Below, piece by piece: positions 10,174-24,560 of a stretch of DNA of 64,000 nucleotides (position 1 is the first letter of the stretch; every line of letters begins with the position of its first letter). Made by a program: the position numbers and the translations under genes. The DNA lies in contig CDROCS010001161.1 in the NCBI GenBank assembly GCA_977020255.1, positions 1 through 64,000 of the forward strand, read 5' to 3'. Source of the DNA: Obrimoposthia wandeli. Lineage: Eukaryota. Under the pieces are notes generated by a model. The model searched no databases and was not told the DNA's origin. It saw only the letters and a list, made by a program, of their open reading frames with translations.

Positions 10174-12867
10174 CATCTGAAAACATCTGTTTTACAGTAA
10201 GCAATTTTTTTATAGATTATATATATTTTTATTTTTTAATTTAATGCAGTAAAGTATATTTCTCATCATAAATTTTGTTCAAAACACATTTGATTATTTG
10301 TATGAGGAGGTTTAATAGTTTAGGGTTCTTCTTAAGAATCATCTGCATATTGTGGATTTATACAATTATGCAACTCTACGTTTAGTTTGTATGTGTCGTT
10401 TTAGCGTATGATAGAGTTATGAAATTACCTATATCTCTTTAGTTTCTTCTTTTCTTCATTTAATTACTACAAGCTAATGTGACTTTAGGATGAGAAGAAA
10501 AGGATGTAAATGAAAAAATGAAAGAGCAGTGAAAGTAGAAAAGAAAATAGAAGACGGTTACAACCGAAAAACTAGAAAATGATTGATAAGTTGCATTGTC
10601 CTGAAAGAAATATGGATGAAGACAGGGACTTCTTTGTAGAAATGTTACGAGAAGATCTTGTAATATCTGAATGTAGATAGATAACAATATTATATGTTTA
10701 ATTCATAACATACATTATATTGCTTGGTACTGTGAGGCTCAGAAATGAACGAATTTAGTAAAAATATTAAAATAAATGGCTTTATATATAGTCCGGGCAA
10801 AGAACATTTTGTAACCCAGAATAATAAATTAAAATTAAATAGATATATCATGTACAGTCTTCCTAGTCTAGTATCGACTCTTGACTAATCAGGTCGATAT
10901 ATAGAAATCTTTGTACGGCTTCTCATTATGTTGTTCAAGGTGCTGCTACTGGTACTCCTATTGGGTAGTGAAAAGCTCACCCAGGTTCTCCGATTTTGAC
11001 TTAGCTAGTCGATGTACTGCGACGGTTGTGAAGTTTGTTGCCGAGCTGAAGAAAGGTGTCCCTATAATATCTCCTCGAGTTTCATTTCCAAATCAACGTT
11101 ATTGAGGTAAGGCATAAAACTGAGAATATAATAAAGAGAGCATCTGACCGAGAACGAATTAGAATTAAGATAGTAGTTATTTAGCATATAAGGGAGTGGA
11201 TCGCGATTGAAACTCTATAGGTTTGGAAGCCTGGAAAATCTCAAATTGGCTAACAATGCATGTTGCATCTGAATGAGAGGGTGTGGTTGTTGGTGTTTTG
11301 GAAGTCTTTGTAAAAACACTTATCTTTTATTTTTTGCATATAATATATTTTAATGAAGTCTCGCATACAACTTTAGTGGTGGTGGTATGGTAAACGCGAT
11401 GATACAGTATTCCCAGCACATGTGGGGAATATCAGAAGTTTACCTAAAAGGTAGGCCAAGAATCGTTGTCACCTTCTCAAAATCGATTTTGATAAATTTC
11501 AAGAATTGTATTCATCTAATCTTTCAATTCTAGTTCACGACCTTGACCGTTGTGCCATATACTACCTGTAAACTTCGCTGGACGGTATAAAAATGTATAT
11601 GTCTCAGTTTGAAAAAATTACAGACACATATAGATTTTTACACACCAGCATGAAATTTCACTACATACTTACATGCACAGTTTTAAAGAACATTTGCGAA
11701 AAGGTAGCATTAGACCGGACTCATCCACCTACTAACTTTGGGTACAATAATCAAATAATCTGATTAAAAATTAAAAATTTAATATGATAATTGCTATTTA
11801 ATATCTTCATGATGAAAATTTTCGTAAAACTAAATTATCTGAATTAAAATCAGATTTAAAGCTGATATAATAAAAACGAATATGATTCCAAAGTTTCTAC
11901 ATTTGCATATGAAATGATGATTGGAAATTCTAATAATTGGATTAAAATAGAACTACAATTTGTTAAATAAAGCGTTTTAAGAATATTTTTGAAAATAATA
12001 TTAATTCATTTAATTTTAATTTCTTACTGTCAAACATATTTTTAATTTCTCGTATTCATGTTGCAATGATCAACCAATAATGACTTAGTTATTTTAATTT
12101 TATGCTTCGGATACCATTAAATATATATTTACTAAAATGAGACAAACATTTTTTATATATTGAACGTTATATTCTTTTTATTTTGTCGAGAAAAAAATTA
12201 AAATAGATATTGATTGGCTCTTTACAACCCCGTAAATATCACACATTTTCATTCATTAGCAAACTTCTACGATAACGAATGTCATTCCGTTTTTTTCCAG
12301 TTGAGCAAAATATAACAGCATAATAGTATAAATAAAATTAACATATTACTTACATTTGTAAAGATATAATATTTTAATAAAACTCAATATTTAATATATT
12401 TAATAATATTATTTATTGACACATTTAATAAAATTTTAACGTTTTTTAAAATAATTGATAATTCTTCTTTTCTTTTTGATCGATAAATAAATGATATGTC
12501 GTTTTCATCGGATGAATTTTTTTCTATATCAAATATATTATCACGTTCTAAGCTATCATCTTATTCCAAAGCATCATCATTTGCGATATATAATTCATCA
12601 TTTGTTTTCTCGATTTCTTCAAACATATCGTATTCTTCGTCATTATATATATCGTTTGACGCCATTGTTTAGAATTTAAAAATGTATTAAAATGATAAAT
12701 AAAAGAAACAAATTGTAAATATTAAAAAAATTAAAATTATAAATAATGTCATTTTTAATTTTTTTTAAATATGGATCTGTGAGACTCACATTGTATTTAA
12801 ACTGTTATTTTTAATATTATTTTTACAATTTTAATTATATTATAATTTTTCTTATAATATTTGAAAT

Positions 12868-14923
12868 TGTTGGGGTTTCTATATGAAACTGTTTTTCTAA
12901 TATAGAACCTCTGAATGGAGGGCCCCAATGTGAGTTCTATAGAAGCAGGACTTGTAGATGTTTGTGGCCTACTTAATGTTATGCTTGCTTGTCTCTAAGT
13001 TTTTCTGAAGGTTTGTTGTTTCGAAATTTAAAGGGTCTATAACAACGCTGTCTGGTTGTAGGAAATCGTTTATTACTAAGCACACTAAATTAACACGTCT
13101 AAGTACGTTCTAAAAATTACAATACAATTCCTAAGACTTTCGCAAAGTCTCTACACAAGTGGGGATGATCCACGTATCGAATTTAGTTTAGGCTTGGTTG
13201 GTCACTAGAGTCTTTACTCTAAAAATGTGACAAGGTTAAAGTAATATGTTTTTGGAGAGCTGGTTGCTCTAAAATTAGGGAATGAGTTTAGAGAGCTGGT
13301 GCTCTGAAAATAGGTGTTTAGTTTGTTTATTTTTAATTTAGTTTCAAATTTCTTGTTACAACACTTGGTAACAAACTGTGGACAATTTTCTATATCAATT
13401 GATTTGGAATTTATATAATTTTATTTCAAAAACGATTCAAAATGATTCGGAGTTGCTTCGAAATTGGGTTAGGGTTGTATAATTTTATCGAATAAATTAT
13501 TCAAAAATGATTATATAATTTTATTGCAAAATTACCCAAAAAGGATTATATAATTTTATCGCAAAATTATTCAAAAAGGATTCGACAATGATTTTAAATA
13601 TACTTGGAATTATATAATTTTATCTCAAAATTACTCAAAAATGATTATATAATTTTATTGCAAAATTATTCAAAAATGATTATATAATTTTATCTCAAAT
13701 TATTCCAAAATGATTATATAATTTTATTGCAAAATTACCCAAACAGGATTATATAATTTTATCTCAAATTCTTCCAAAATTCTTCTATAATTTTATTCAC
13801 GCTCCCACTCTTAACTTACCGTGATCTCTTTTCGAGAAGCCTCTCTTCTAGATCACACGAGTAGTCCGGCGATTCGCTTTGGTTGCTCCTTCCAGACATG
13901 GTTATGTTCCGTGCGTCTGCAGTCCTCTCTTTCCTTAGCTCCCGTACGGCTCGCTCCGAGATCGATCTCCTAGGCTCGGTCGACGGTTCCTTCCTTGGGT
14001 TGTTCTGTCTTTCGGATTGCGCTCCGTTTAAGGTGGCGGTTGATTTGATTACCGTGATCCTGCACGTCTGGGTTTTTAAAGTGTTCCTTGTCGGCTGCGC
14101 GCTTCTCTTACCTTTATCGAAGCTGCTTCCTCGATCCGCTCTCGATTTCCGAGATATTCTTCTTCCGATTTATTTCCACTTTCTGATCTGCAGGATTATC
14201 CAACTTTGGGATGCAACTCTTCTTTTTTGGCTCCTCTTAAAAACTCGATTTATTCCGACTTTCTATCTTTCTGCGCTGCTCGAATTTGATCTACGAGCTT
14301 CTAATTTCTGACGTGAAAATGACTGCAATAATCAAGTAAGTGTTTTGATTTATATAGTTTACCTTCTTCGATAGGCACTTTCCTTTTTCGGTTCTGTCAA
14401 TAAAGGCACTTTCCTTTTTTCGGTTCTGTAAATAAAGTTTTATTTACTTGCACTTAAAATAAGTGTACTCACTCTGGTGTCTGGGATCCGGCTGGACGGT
14501 TCGTAGCGTCCTCTGGTAGCGTCACTAAGTGGCCTAATGGATTTTGTTCAGGCCGGCTGTTTGGCTCCCAATGGCGTCGTACTACTTCTTGACTAATGGA
14601 AAATCTATTCCTCCTCAACTTGATTTACTACACTCCTGCTAATTGAGTTTAGCTTCTGGACTTTCTATTTAATTAATTACTTTTTTCTTATTAATTAGTA
14701 TTCTAACTCTTTTTTGGGGCCTTTTGGTTAAGTTTAAAATCCCTTATATACAGCACACGCTTACACATGACCTTCATGGTCCTAATATTTTCCCACTGAT
14801 TTTATTTTTATAATTTTAATTTTATAATTAATTTTATCTTAATTATAACCTTGCTTTCAAGGATTTTTATTTTAGTATAAAAATTATTAATTATTTTAAT
14901 TTAATCAAAACCAAATCTTAACA
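12868..14923 (-). mobile_element. Solo LTR family B copy 2 (2056 bp)
   Basis: TGTTGGGG...TTAACA with TSD AAAT (12864-12867 and 14924-14927); both ends homologous to 34057-36123. Confidence 0.9.
13400..13800. repeat. About 35-bp tandem array inside LTR B2
   Basis: Unit approximately GATTATATAATTTTATTGCAAAATTACCCAAAAAT; boundaries approximate. Confidence 0.85.
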
Positions 14924-15470
14924 AAATGATTAAACAAAGTCCTGTAATATAAGCCTATGCAGTTCATGCATTCATTATAAATATTGATTTAAAATATCAG
15001 AAGTCTCGAGACCCTGTTCGTAGTACAACCGTTCAGGTAGATAGAATGTATATGACCAATCTTATAAAATCACAGTTTGATATATATTTCTAAATGAAAT
15101 TAAGAGATCAGAATACATTATTTCATCCTAATACTGTATACAATTTGGACAACAGGTAAACTTCTGACATATTATGTCCACCGATTTTTCAATATTAGAT
15201 ATGTGTTATTATGTAATTTAGTTGTTTAATTTATCGTTATTAAAAGTTAAGCACCATGTGTGATTCTATATGTTTCTTAAATTTAAATTCTAAATATGTA
15301 AGTATAAAAATTTAATATCTACCGTACTACAGTATTAGTTTCGATACGGTGTCTTTTGCACATAATGAATTGATTTTACACAAATCTTTAAAATTAAAAG
15401 AAATTGTTGGTGTTGGGCCAGATAAATAATTATAATATCATGAAAAATTTATGGAAACAAAAGAAAAGCC

Positions 15471-15700
15471 ATGTTCAGAAGGTTTGATAAAATAGTTAAA
15501 AAATACCGCTGTCATTATAACTTGGTTGATATAGAAATTTTGAAAGCTTTAAAGACATGGGAGTGCATGTCTCTTAAAATTAATTTTATCCTTAGTCATG
15601 TTGATTTCTTTCCCGAAGATTTAGAAAAAAAAATCAATGAGCATGCAAATAATTTCAACTATTAGCAAAACTATTAAAAAATCAATATCAAGGTCTAACT
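15471..15700 (+). pseudogene. C-terminal remnant of a DNA transposase, probably Chapaev/Transib-like
   Basis: MSLKINFILSHVDFFPEDL..INEHA followed by QYQG resembles the MSLKIHFLHSHLDFFPENLG.SDEHGERFH...RYQG motif. Superfamily assignment is from memory. Confidence 0.6.
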
Positions 15701-17473
15701 GCTGAAAGAATGGTTGGGGTTTTCTTCCAACTAGAATCCTCGTATTGAGACTTCAAAAGTGAGTATTGTAGCAGTAGGACTTACAGATGGACATTATCTA
15801 CCTGTTCTAGTCTGAAGGTTTCTTGTGATGTGTGAAATATAATGGTAAAATCCCTAAAACTATTGTAATGTTGTGTGAGGCTGAACAATAAGCCGGTTAG
15901 GTCAAATGCGATTTTAGTTCAAATGAAGTCTAGCAAAGTCAAGACCAGGAAATTGGGCTAAAGTAAGCCGTACTTAATTGATGCTGACAATAACCTTCCA
16001 AATAATCAGAATTTAAGCTAGCATCTCACAGATTAATTCTCGTCTCAATATGTAGTTTAATTACACTAAATTAGTGTTGACTCAAACGGTGGAATTATGG
16101 TAGCGACGGTGTTATCAAAAGTCTTACTCATTTCGGTTGAATATATTTATTCCTATTATATAATTTAAAATATATAAAACGTTTAAAAATTAGACACTTA
16201 AGAACTCTTTAATAACTTTATGGTTTGTTTTTCTTCGAACTATGTTATACACGTAAAAGAGTTCGAACTATTATGTTGTTAAATTTATGAAACGGATTCT
16301 AAATTATTATTCGATTGAAATTTATGTTACAGATTCAAATTATTACTCAATTCGACTTAATATTACTGATTCAGACTTACGGTTGTTATATGGTTTCTTG
16401 ATAATGGGTAATACAGCAACAATTTCAAATAAAGCAACTTGGATTCCAACAATTGGTTTTATCAAATCACGCTAAACAATCCTCTCTAAATATTGTTAGT
16501 TAATCAATAAAATCAATTATATATATATGGATACCGAATCAAAATGTGAAATTCACGGACTATGTGAATTTAAGCTACTTCCGAATTCAGACCATCGCGA
16601 CTTTCGGCAAGGCGATTTCGATTCTACCTGTTATCGTTTATTTTTTAACATTCTTTCTTTACTTAAGAACACATTCTCTTGGCCTTTCAAGGTCTTAATT
16701 TATTTCTTTAAGTTAATAAAGATTTAATTTTACAACCTCCAAATGAAAAGATTATTTATTTAGAATATATTCTTTTTTATTATTTTAAATTCAGTCTTTC
16801 TAATACTAACAGATTTCTGACTATGTTTTGCTTCCTTTTACAAATATAATATTACTGTTATATTTTTTTTAATAAATATTTATGCAAAAATACAAAAATC
16901 TTACATCTGAATGTAGATTTATCAGATTTGCAATCAAAGTTAGTACATCAGAAAACTAAAAAAATATTGAAAATTCTCATGGTTAGGGAACTCACTGATT
17001 TTTCAACATTATCAATCATGCTATGCTGCACAATAAAGAACAAACAGTCGTCTGAAGATTTCATTGATGCCCTGAATTCTCGAAACTATATCTTTGAAGT
17101 CCAATCAGAAATGTAATTGTTTGCCCCATTAATTTTTGTATTGAATTTAATTTGCCATTTAAAATATAATTTTCAAATAAAAAAACATTAAAACATAAAA
17201 TACAGTTTAAAATATGTTTGTTATTTTTAAAGAAATTTTCTTTGTGAAATTATTCAAATTTGTCCCAAATGAAAGAATACGAAATATAGTCTATGTATTT
17301 CAGAATATTAAATTCCAAGTCATTAAAGATGGATAAATATCACAATTAACAAATAAAAGAAGATCGAAACAAAAATCCGAAAGGTAGTATCAAAGGCTTG
17401 ATGTTTCAATAAGTAAACATCTCTTAATATCGTCGTTGTCAGTGTCACACAACCTTATTCACGATCGCGAGGG

Positions 17474-20400
17474 TCAGGCCCAAACGTCCTCCATGTAAAC
17501 CTTGTTGACACGCAGCCCTGTCACAAAAGCCTCCGCCATGTGCTCAGTGACCAGTGTTTCATTGTGACCTTGCACCACCCGACACATGGCCTGCTGGACG
17601 TCCTTGACCATGGAACCAGCGTCCCCGCACACAAACACGCGGGCACCAGCATCAACCAATAGTGGGGCCAGTTCAGTGGCATGGTGACGCACACAGTCTT
17701 GTACGTAGTGGCAATCCACAGGTACGCACAGACTACTGCTGCTACCATTTTTGCTTGTGTCGCGGGAGAAGCAAACACAAAGATGCGCCAACACACCGCG
17801 ACTCAGAAATCCCTCCAACTGCTCCCGGAACAGGAAGTCACGGGCTTCGTGGCGACAGCCGTGAAAGAGCCAAACTGAACCGATATCCATCCCAGAGCTC
17901 TAAAATATTATTGGACATGCTACTTACATTTATCAATAATATACGATTTTTCAAAAGTTTTCTACAGCAAATTCTTTTAAACCTAGTAACTACGAGAAAG
18001 ACAATAATTTTATTTACTACTTTTAGAAGCAAACATGGTTTATAAGAATTAAGATAGAGATGGAAATTTAATTTTTTAAATCTTAACATCCACATAAGAT
18101 TTAATTGAGGACATTTTGAAACGTCTTGAAATGCTTTTACCGTGTTTTTTAACCGACACAGAGAATCTTTGCACTTTGTCAATTATAATTGTCTGTCACT
18201 CAAACCAGATATGTAATCCCACGAGTTGTGGGTATTGTTTTGTGACACATTTCAAGTGGGTTGGAAAACTCTTAAAGAGAGTTTATTGAAAATTGTCTAT
18301 TATTTGTCACTCAACTTTCAATTAAAAGTCCGCATTATTAGAATAACGAGACAGAAGTGTAAAGTACCATTTCTAGCTCATTGGTTGCCACTGTCCTTGA
18401 CTAACAAACTGTAGCTAACGGATGGATTAGGTGATGAGAGCCATTGATAAAGAAATAACTTGCATACTATCTTGATTTCTGTCAATTTAACAGTCGGGGA
18501 GTACACTTATAATCCTAGACAATTAATGTGAGGCGCGCCTTTGTAATAAGCGCACCCTGATTTCCAGTCAACTAAAAGCAGAAAATCTGCATATTCTCGT
18601 CCAGAACAACAAAATTTAAAATTTGCTGCGTTTGTGCGGTTGTTGACTCACCCTCAGTCGTTCAAAGTGTTGTAAGAACCCGATGAATGGAGCAACTCCA
18701 GTACCCGGACCAATCAGAATATGCGGCTTGTTCGTGTGCTCCGTAGAAATACAGAACCCGTTCAAGTTCTTCCGCATGTACATCGGGATCCGGATAACTG
18801 GCTCCACCTCGAGATCACGACTAGCAACACTGCAATTGATCAGTGCATGATAAATATGTGGTCAATAAAATTATCTTGAACCACTTTAAAAATCTATAAC
18901 AAATCAAGCACGATAAAAAACCAAAATTATTAAAAGTATCGAATATTACCATTTTATTACAATAACGTATTGAAATCTTCGCTAATTCCTTTATAAATGA
19001 CGACTTGAGATTAAACTTGACATATTAATTTACCATGACTGTTTGTAAATAAACTAGGGAAATCAAAAAATATCCAGATACAATACCTTTTTTATTTTCA
19101 ATCGGAATTTTGGAGTAAGGTCGTCATTTGACATAAAAAGACGTTAGTGATAGTGTCAATTAAAGTCAATTACAAACCCTGATTGATGAGGGTGACTGGA
19201 AAGACAAACACACAATACTAGATCAGAAGAAGCGGACTGCAAAACTTACTTCTCCAGCCATGTGGTGCAGACCCCAGTGAGAGGTCTTCGTCGGAATTGT
19301 GCAACTGGTGCAATGTCGACCTTACTAAATGCGAATGACAGCGAGTCAAGGTCGCAGAGAGAGTAGGAACGCGGCTTTAGTCGAGGAAGAACCTCAAGCA
19401 GTCGCGAAAGAGGCAGCTGGCAATCTGGAAACCAGTTCAGCAGATCCAGAACAGCCATGCTCGGTTCTCGCATGCATCTGAGAGTCAGGAGCATTAATCT
19501 GTAATCAGTTATGTCAAAGGTGACAAATTTAACTTTGCAGTAGTTTTCTAACAAAGTAACGTATCTATATTTTTACGGCAACTTTAATATTTTAATTGTT
19601 ATCGAGTAAAATATTTTTTAATACATTTATTAGTTGGTCAAAATACAAATACAGCTCCAAGACAGTTTACAAGAACAAGCTAGCTGATGATAAAACTGAA
19701 TGTGAAAGCAATCTAAGAAGCAGCACCAGCTTTGTTCGATCGTCGAGCTGCTTCGCCAGGGCTCTTCCTGAAATAAAAAGTCAATGATGGAGCGGAGATA
19801 GAGAATTGGCCGAATGAGTGACTTGCAACAAAATGCACAACATTTTCTGACGAAGAATCAAAAAACTACCTGAAAGATGTGCAGAATTCATTTACTACAA
19901 CAAAAACGCTGGAAAATTGTCTAACGAGTACCTTTTTGTTCACAGTAAAAGGGATTTGAAAGAAACGCTCTCAGACAAATGTGCACACTCCTGTCAAATG
20001 AGAGCACTGAGATAATTACGAGTGTGGAATGCCACATTTTATCCGCTTGAAAGTTTAACAAAAGTAGTTTCACCTGGTGTAAAGGCTCTGTCCTTCTTTG
20101 GCACACAGCTGCATCAGCCTCTGTCGAGCGGCAGACCCGGCGACTGCGTGCTCTGCCATGATGCGCAGTCCTGGCTTGGTTAGTGGAGCACGCAGGTCCA
20201 CCAGCCACTGCAGAACTGACCGCACAGACACCGGTCTCGGTGAGGTCACATCAAGATGTCCGGGCAGCTTGGGGGCACGACGACCTGGCGGGGCCGGCAA
20301 CAGTCGCAGCTCCATGGGACAGTCACGCTGTGCCTCAGGAACCCCCAATCGCACGAGGATGTCGTCCACCTCCCGCTGTGAGTTGCGAGGCAAGACCGAG

Positions 20401-23400
20401 ATGGAGTCGCCGGCATTCCATTTCCACTTGGGCTCTTCCTCCGCGACCACCGTCACTCTGTGTGACCCAAATGAGTAATCAGTAGTCATCCCTTCAAACA
20501 TCACCAGCTACTAGTTGCATTTGAATTCATAAAATATGCTCAGTAAAATTTGAAAGGCACAAAAAGCGACTGTGGTCGACTTGAACAGACACTCACAAAT
20601 GAACTGGCTTGACTGCGAACTTCTGTGTGATGCGCCTGACTGCTTGAAGACGGCCAATCGTCAGCGGAGTCTGGGCAGCAGGTAGCGCAGCAGCAACCTC
20701 AATTGGCAGACTGCAGTTGACCTTATCGCTGGTGGCTTCCTCGTACACGATGTCCAGGAAGGCAGACGACAGTGGAGGTACGGTGAGAGACATGTTTGCG
20801 AGCTCAGTCGCCAATTCGTCTCCCAGAAGGGATACAGTGGAACTTACAGCTGGCGGCGGGATCGGTACACAGATCTCGCTGAGACGGAGTTGGACCAGCG
20901 AAGAAACCAATTCGCATTGGTTAGAGCCTTGCTCCGATTTGAGGGAGACAAGACTCAGATAAAGACCTTCCAACCATGGCTCTACGACCATCTCCATTCC
21001 GACAGCATCATCGGCCCATCTGCAGATTAGCAAACTGACGTTGTGAAAAAATAAAACTATGCTGATTCAGAATTAGAAGAATAATCATCTTGTTTCACTT
21101 ATCAAACGTTTTGGATGATAAACCAATGATCTGAAATAATACATGCTAATAAAAGATTACAGACGGACAATGTTATGGTAACAGTAATAAAAATAGTAAA
21201 CTAAATTTACGGGTGAGCATTGCAAATTTGTTGAATTGCATTTGTGTCCATATATGGGTATCAAACATCTAGTTTATAAAAAAAATAACACTAAAGAGTC
21301 AACAAACAATTAATAAGTGTTTACAAAATATTCTCAAAAGTAGCAGTCAAGAGCAATGCTAAAATATTAACTCTCAAAAACACTTTCAGAATTATTAATC
21401 AATCAAATTATTAAATCTGTACATAAAACATTGTTTAAAAGCTACGTTGTTAAGGTTTCATATGTTGATATATAAAGAAAAAAAAATTTATATAAATGAA
21501 GATACCATTATGTTAAATAAGTTGTAAAGAGGTATAAGCTTTCAAATATTACTTAGATTGAAATAAAAATCAATAAATACTGTTTCTTTTTCGATATTTG
21601 GGACCTTCACTTTTGAAAAATTATTGAAATTCATGTGAAAAATATTTTAATAATTTCCGAAATAATATAATTTGAAATAAGTGGCGAAAGAAATAAAAAC
21701 AATCTTAATTATTAAAATGTATTAAATTTTTTTTGTAGGAATATGTAAAATTATCTAAATTTAAATTATTTTCTTCAAACGATGAATCACAGTATTCTTG
21801 ATTTTAAATAAAATTATAAATCTAGAATCCCCGGAAAGTTATCTCTGTTTTTAATATAAAATGCATAACTACAGACTGCAGATCAAAATAAAAATGATAA
21901 GGGTATTATCGAACAAATGAAATAATCAAAAATTCTGAGATTTATCATTTAATTATCAAATAGCTGTAGATGATTATGAAGGAAATAATAAGATTACACA
22001 AATTCACATATTCTAAAAATTAAAAGGTAATTTAATTCATTGTAATAATCAAGTTTTTTTTACTTCTTTACCACCTTTTTTTAAATTAAAGTATTTGAAA
22101 ATATATTTCTGAAATTAGTAAATTATTTTGTAATCAAAAATTCATTTTCAAGTTAGCAAAATTTTAAAATATTTGAAAAATTATTTTTACCTTCGATAAC
22201 TTCTCTTGAAAATTTCTAGTCACATTACATAATTAAAAGTACACGATGTTCTGAAGTGTATTAACCGATGATAAGATAACAATCCATTGCACGAAACATG
22301 AAAACGTTACCAGTTTATATTAAAATTTTAAATAAAATAATGTTTGAAAAGAATTTTCCTTTTAAGTATGTGTTAGCATTTGTAGAAAAATAATGTATAA
22401 TTACTGCATTACTTAAATTTAGTTAACTAAAGTCCAATACGCAACATCAATCTTTTTTTTGTGAAAAATAAATATTCAAACATGACAAAAAATATAATAA
22501 TGTTTAAAGATTATTTATGAGATGTGAAATAAATTTTAATTTACAAAATAATACTACACCCTATCAAAGTCGATATTACCGATAGCAATATGTTTAGTGC
22601 CGTTGACTCGTAAGTTTGTAATGTTTAGATGTTTTTTTAATAATTTTAGAACTAATTTGGATTATTATACATGAATAAGACAAGAAAAGGTGATTATTTT
22701 ATTAAAATTATGTTAAAATGAACTCAGGTACTAAAAATGTCATCTTTGTCCAAACATTGAATTGTATGGTTATATCCGAGAAATTGAGCCATATATATCA
22801 GTGTCGTGTACGTATTTTTAACCCGCCTCTCCATTAACAAATTTACCGCCGTTTTTGGATTTTGATACTCCTGTGAAGCCCCTGCTGATATTATTAGTTT
22901 GCTTATATAGTTTGCAAACAATTGCCCTGATTTATAAAAAGAAGATGCCAGTCTCATGCTTCAATCAAGGCCTCTTTGAGCTCATAATATTCTTAATTAT
23001 GAAGAAAACTACATTTCCTATGATTTTCTCTGAAAAACGACTAGCATCGGAGTTACGGTCAGTTATAAAGTTTTTTTTAAATATAATATTATAAAACATA
23101 ATTTCCGAATCTTCATAAAACATTTAATAGTTCTTCTACCATCCTTTCATCGTTAGGGGTATATTTTCTATGTATTTTAATCAAAAAAGCGGCACTAATG
23201 ACTTTTTACGGCACTATTCAATTTGTTAACACACCCTATAGTAAAAAATCACTAACAATTTTTTTTCCTGTCCTGTAGGTGTGTGACTGCATGCATTCTA
23301 TAGTAAGTAATTATTCAGTTTTTACGGCAACATTCTTTTTGGATAGATGCTGTTTTTTTATCGGTAAGTTTTACTATGTATTATTATTAATCTTATCTTA

Positions 23401-24038
23401 TACTATAGAATTATATGCCGACTCTTTATAACGGCACTAATCAGTTGGATTAGGTGTATATCAAATTTATGTAAGGTTTCCAAAATTAACTGAATCAAAT
23501 GTACTGTTATAAAAATAGGATCCAGCATTATTCTTAACTTTTACGAACAATAATATAACTAGAGTTAATGTAGAATTTAGTCTTTTAATTTTTGCTTCTC
23601 AATACCTACAAATAGTTTTTTTATAGTGATATAAATATAATATAACAAATATAACACAACGGTAACTCACGCTGAAGGATAAAATCTCTTAGCACCCAAA
23701 CGTGCCAAATTAGTATCAATTAGTTTACCACATCGACAAAAGTTAGAGTAATTTGTGTCACCGAGTCCAAGTACAGTGTAATTCAAATGCGATAAAGCAG
23801 TATCTGACAACTTTAAAAGTCTTAAAAATCGAGAAGCATTCTCTGGAGCATCCCCATCACCAGTTGTGGAACAAATTATCACAACAGTTTTTATAGCATA
23901 CAGATCATAACTCTTTTCAAGTTCGTCTAACTCGAATAAACGAATATTCAACAGAGTGCTCATATTGTTAAACACTGTTTCAGCCATACATTTAGCTTGT
24001 CCAGTTTGTGAGCCATATAAAATACAACTCATTGACAT
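17474..24038 (-). CDS. MTRR: Methionine synthase reductase, 6 exons: 24038-23671, 21019-20597, 20457-20074, 19477-19250, 18829-18652, 17899-17474
   Basis: Flavodoxin motifs YGSQTGQAK, STTGDGDAP, LGLGD; MTRR-type ADDAVGMEMVVEPW; FAD motif PRSYS; IGPGTGVAPFIGF; LFHGCR, VFVCGD and terminal YMEDVWA. GT-AG sites chosen by hand join all exons in frame. Confidence 0.93.
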
Positions 24039-24173
24039 AAAACTTTAAAATAAAAGTGTCAATTTTTTTTAAATTCAGTCAAAGAAACTCTGTACTTGAA
24101 TTTTTACAGTAAAAACAATTAGTCTAAATTAAAATCACATGGTTAAATACATTATTTCCAAATACATATAAAA

Positions 24174-24560
24174 ATATCTTTATAAAAAAGAATATTTTAA
24201 ATATCAAATGCTCAAAAACACCAGTGCTTGACTAGCCCATTCTAATAAAATTATTTTCTTCTGATATGATAGAAAAGATGAGGAGATATTATATTTCAAC
24301 GACATTCGTACCCTTAATTTTTCCAAAAATTAAATATATTTTTTAACATTTTTTCATATAGATCTCAAAATATCTTTTATATATATCTTTATAAATTAGC
24401 ACATTTTAAATATAAAATGCTCAGAAACGCCAGTTCTTTACTAGCCCATTCTAATAAAATTATTTTCATTTGATATAGCAGAAAACATAAATAGATATTA
24501 TATTCCAAAAGTGTTCGTAACCTTAATTTGACCAAAACTTAAATATATTTTCATATTTTT
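24174..24560. repeat. Diverged ~209-bp tandem duplication just upstream of the MTRR start codon
   Basis: CTAGCCCATTCTAATAAAATTATTTTC occurs at 24232 and 24441 with similar flanks. Confidence 0.8.

Noticed and set aside
10450-11600. Exon-like GC-richer patches
   Set aside because: No consistent reading frame or recognisable protein could be assembled.
13883-14311. 142-aa plus-strand ORF
   Set aside because: Lies in a pyrimidine-rich part of a solo LTR; not conserved in the 34057 copy.
17521-20962. Alternative-frame and antisense ORFs overlapping MTRR exons (17521, 17662, 17681, 19921, 20098, 20183, 20717)
   Set aside because: Explained by the GC-rich MTRR coding sequence; no recognisable products.
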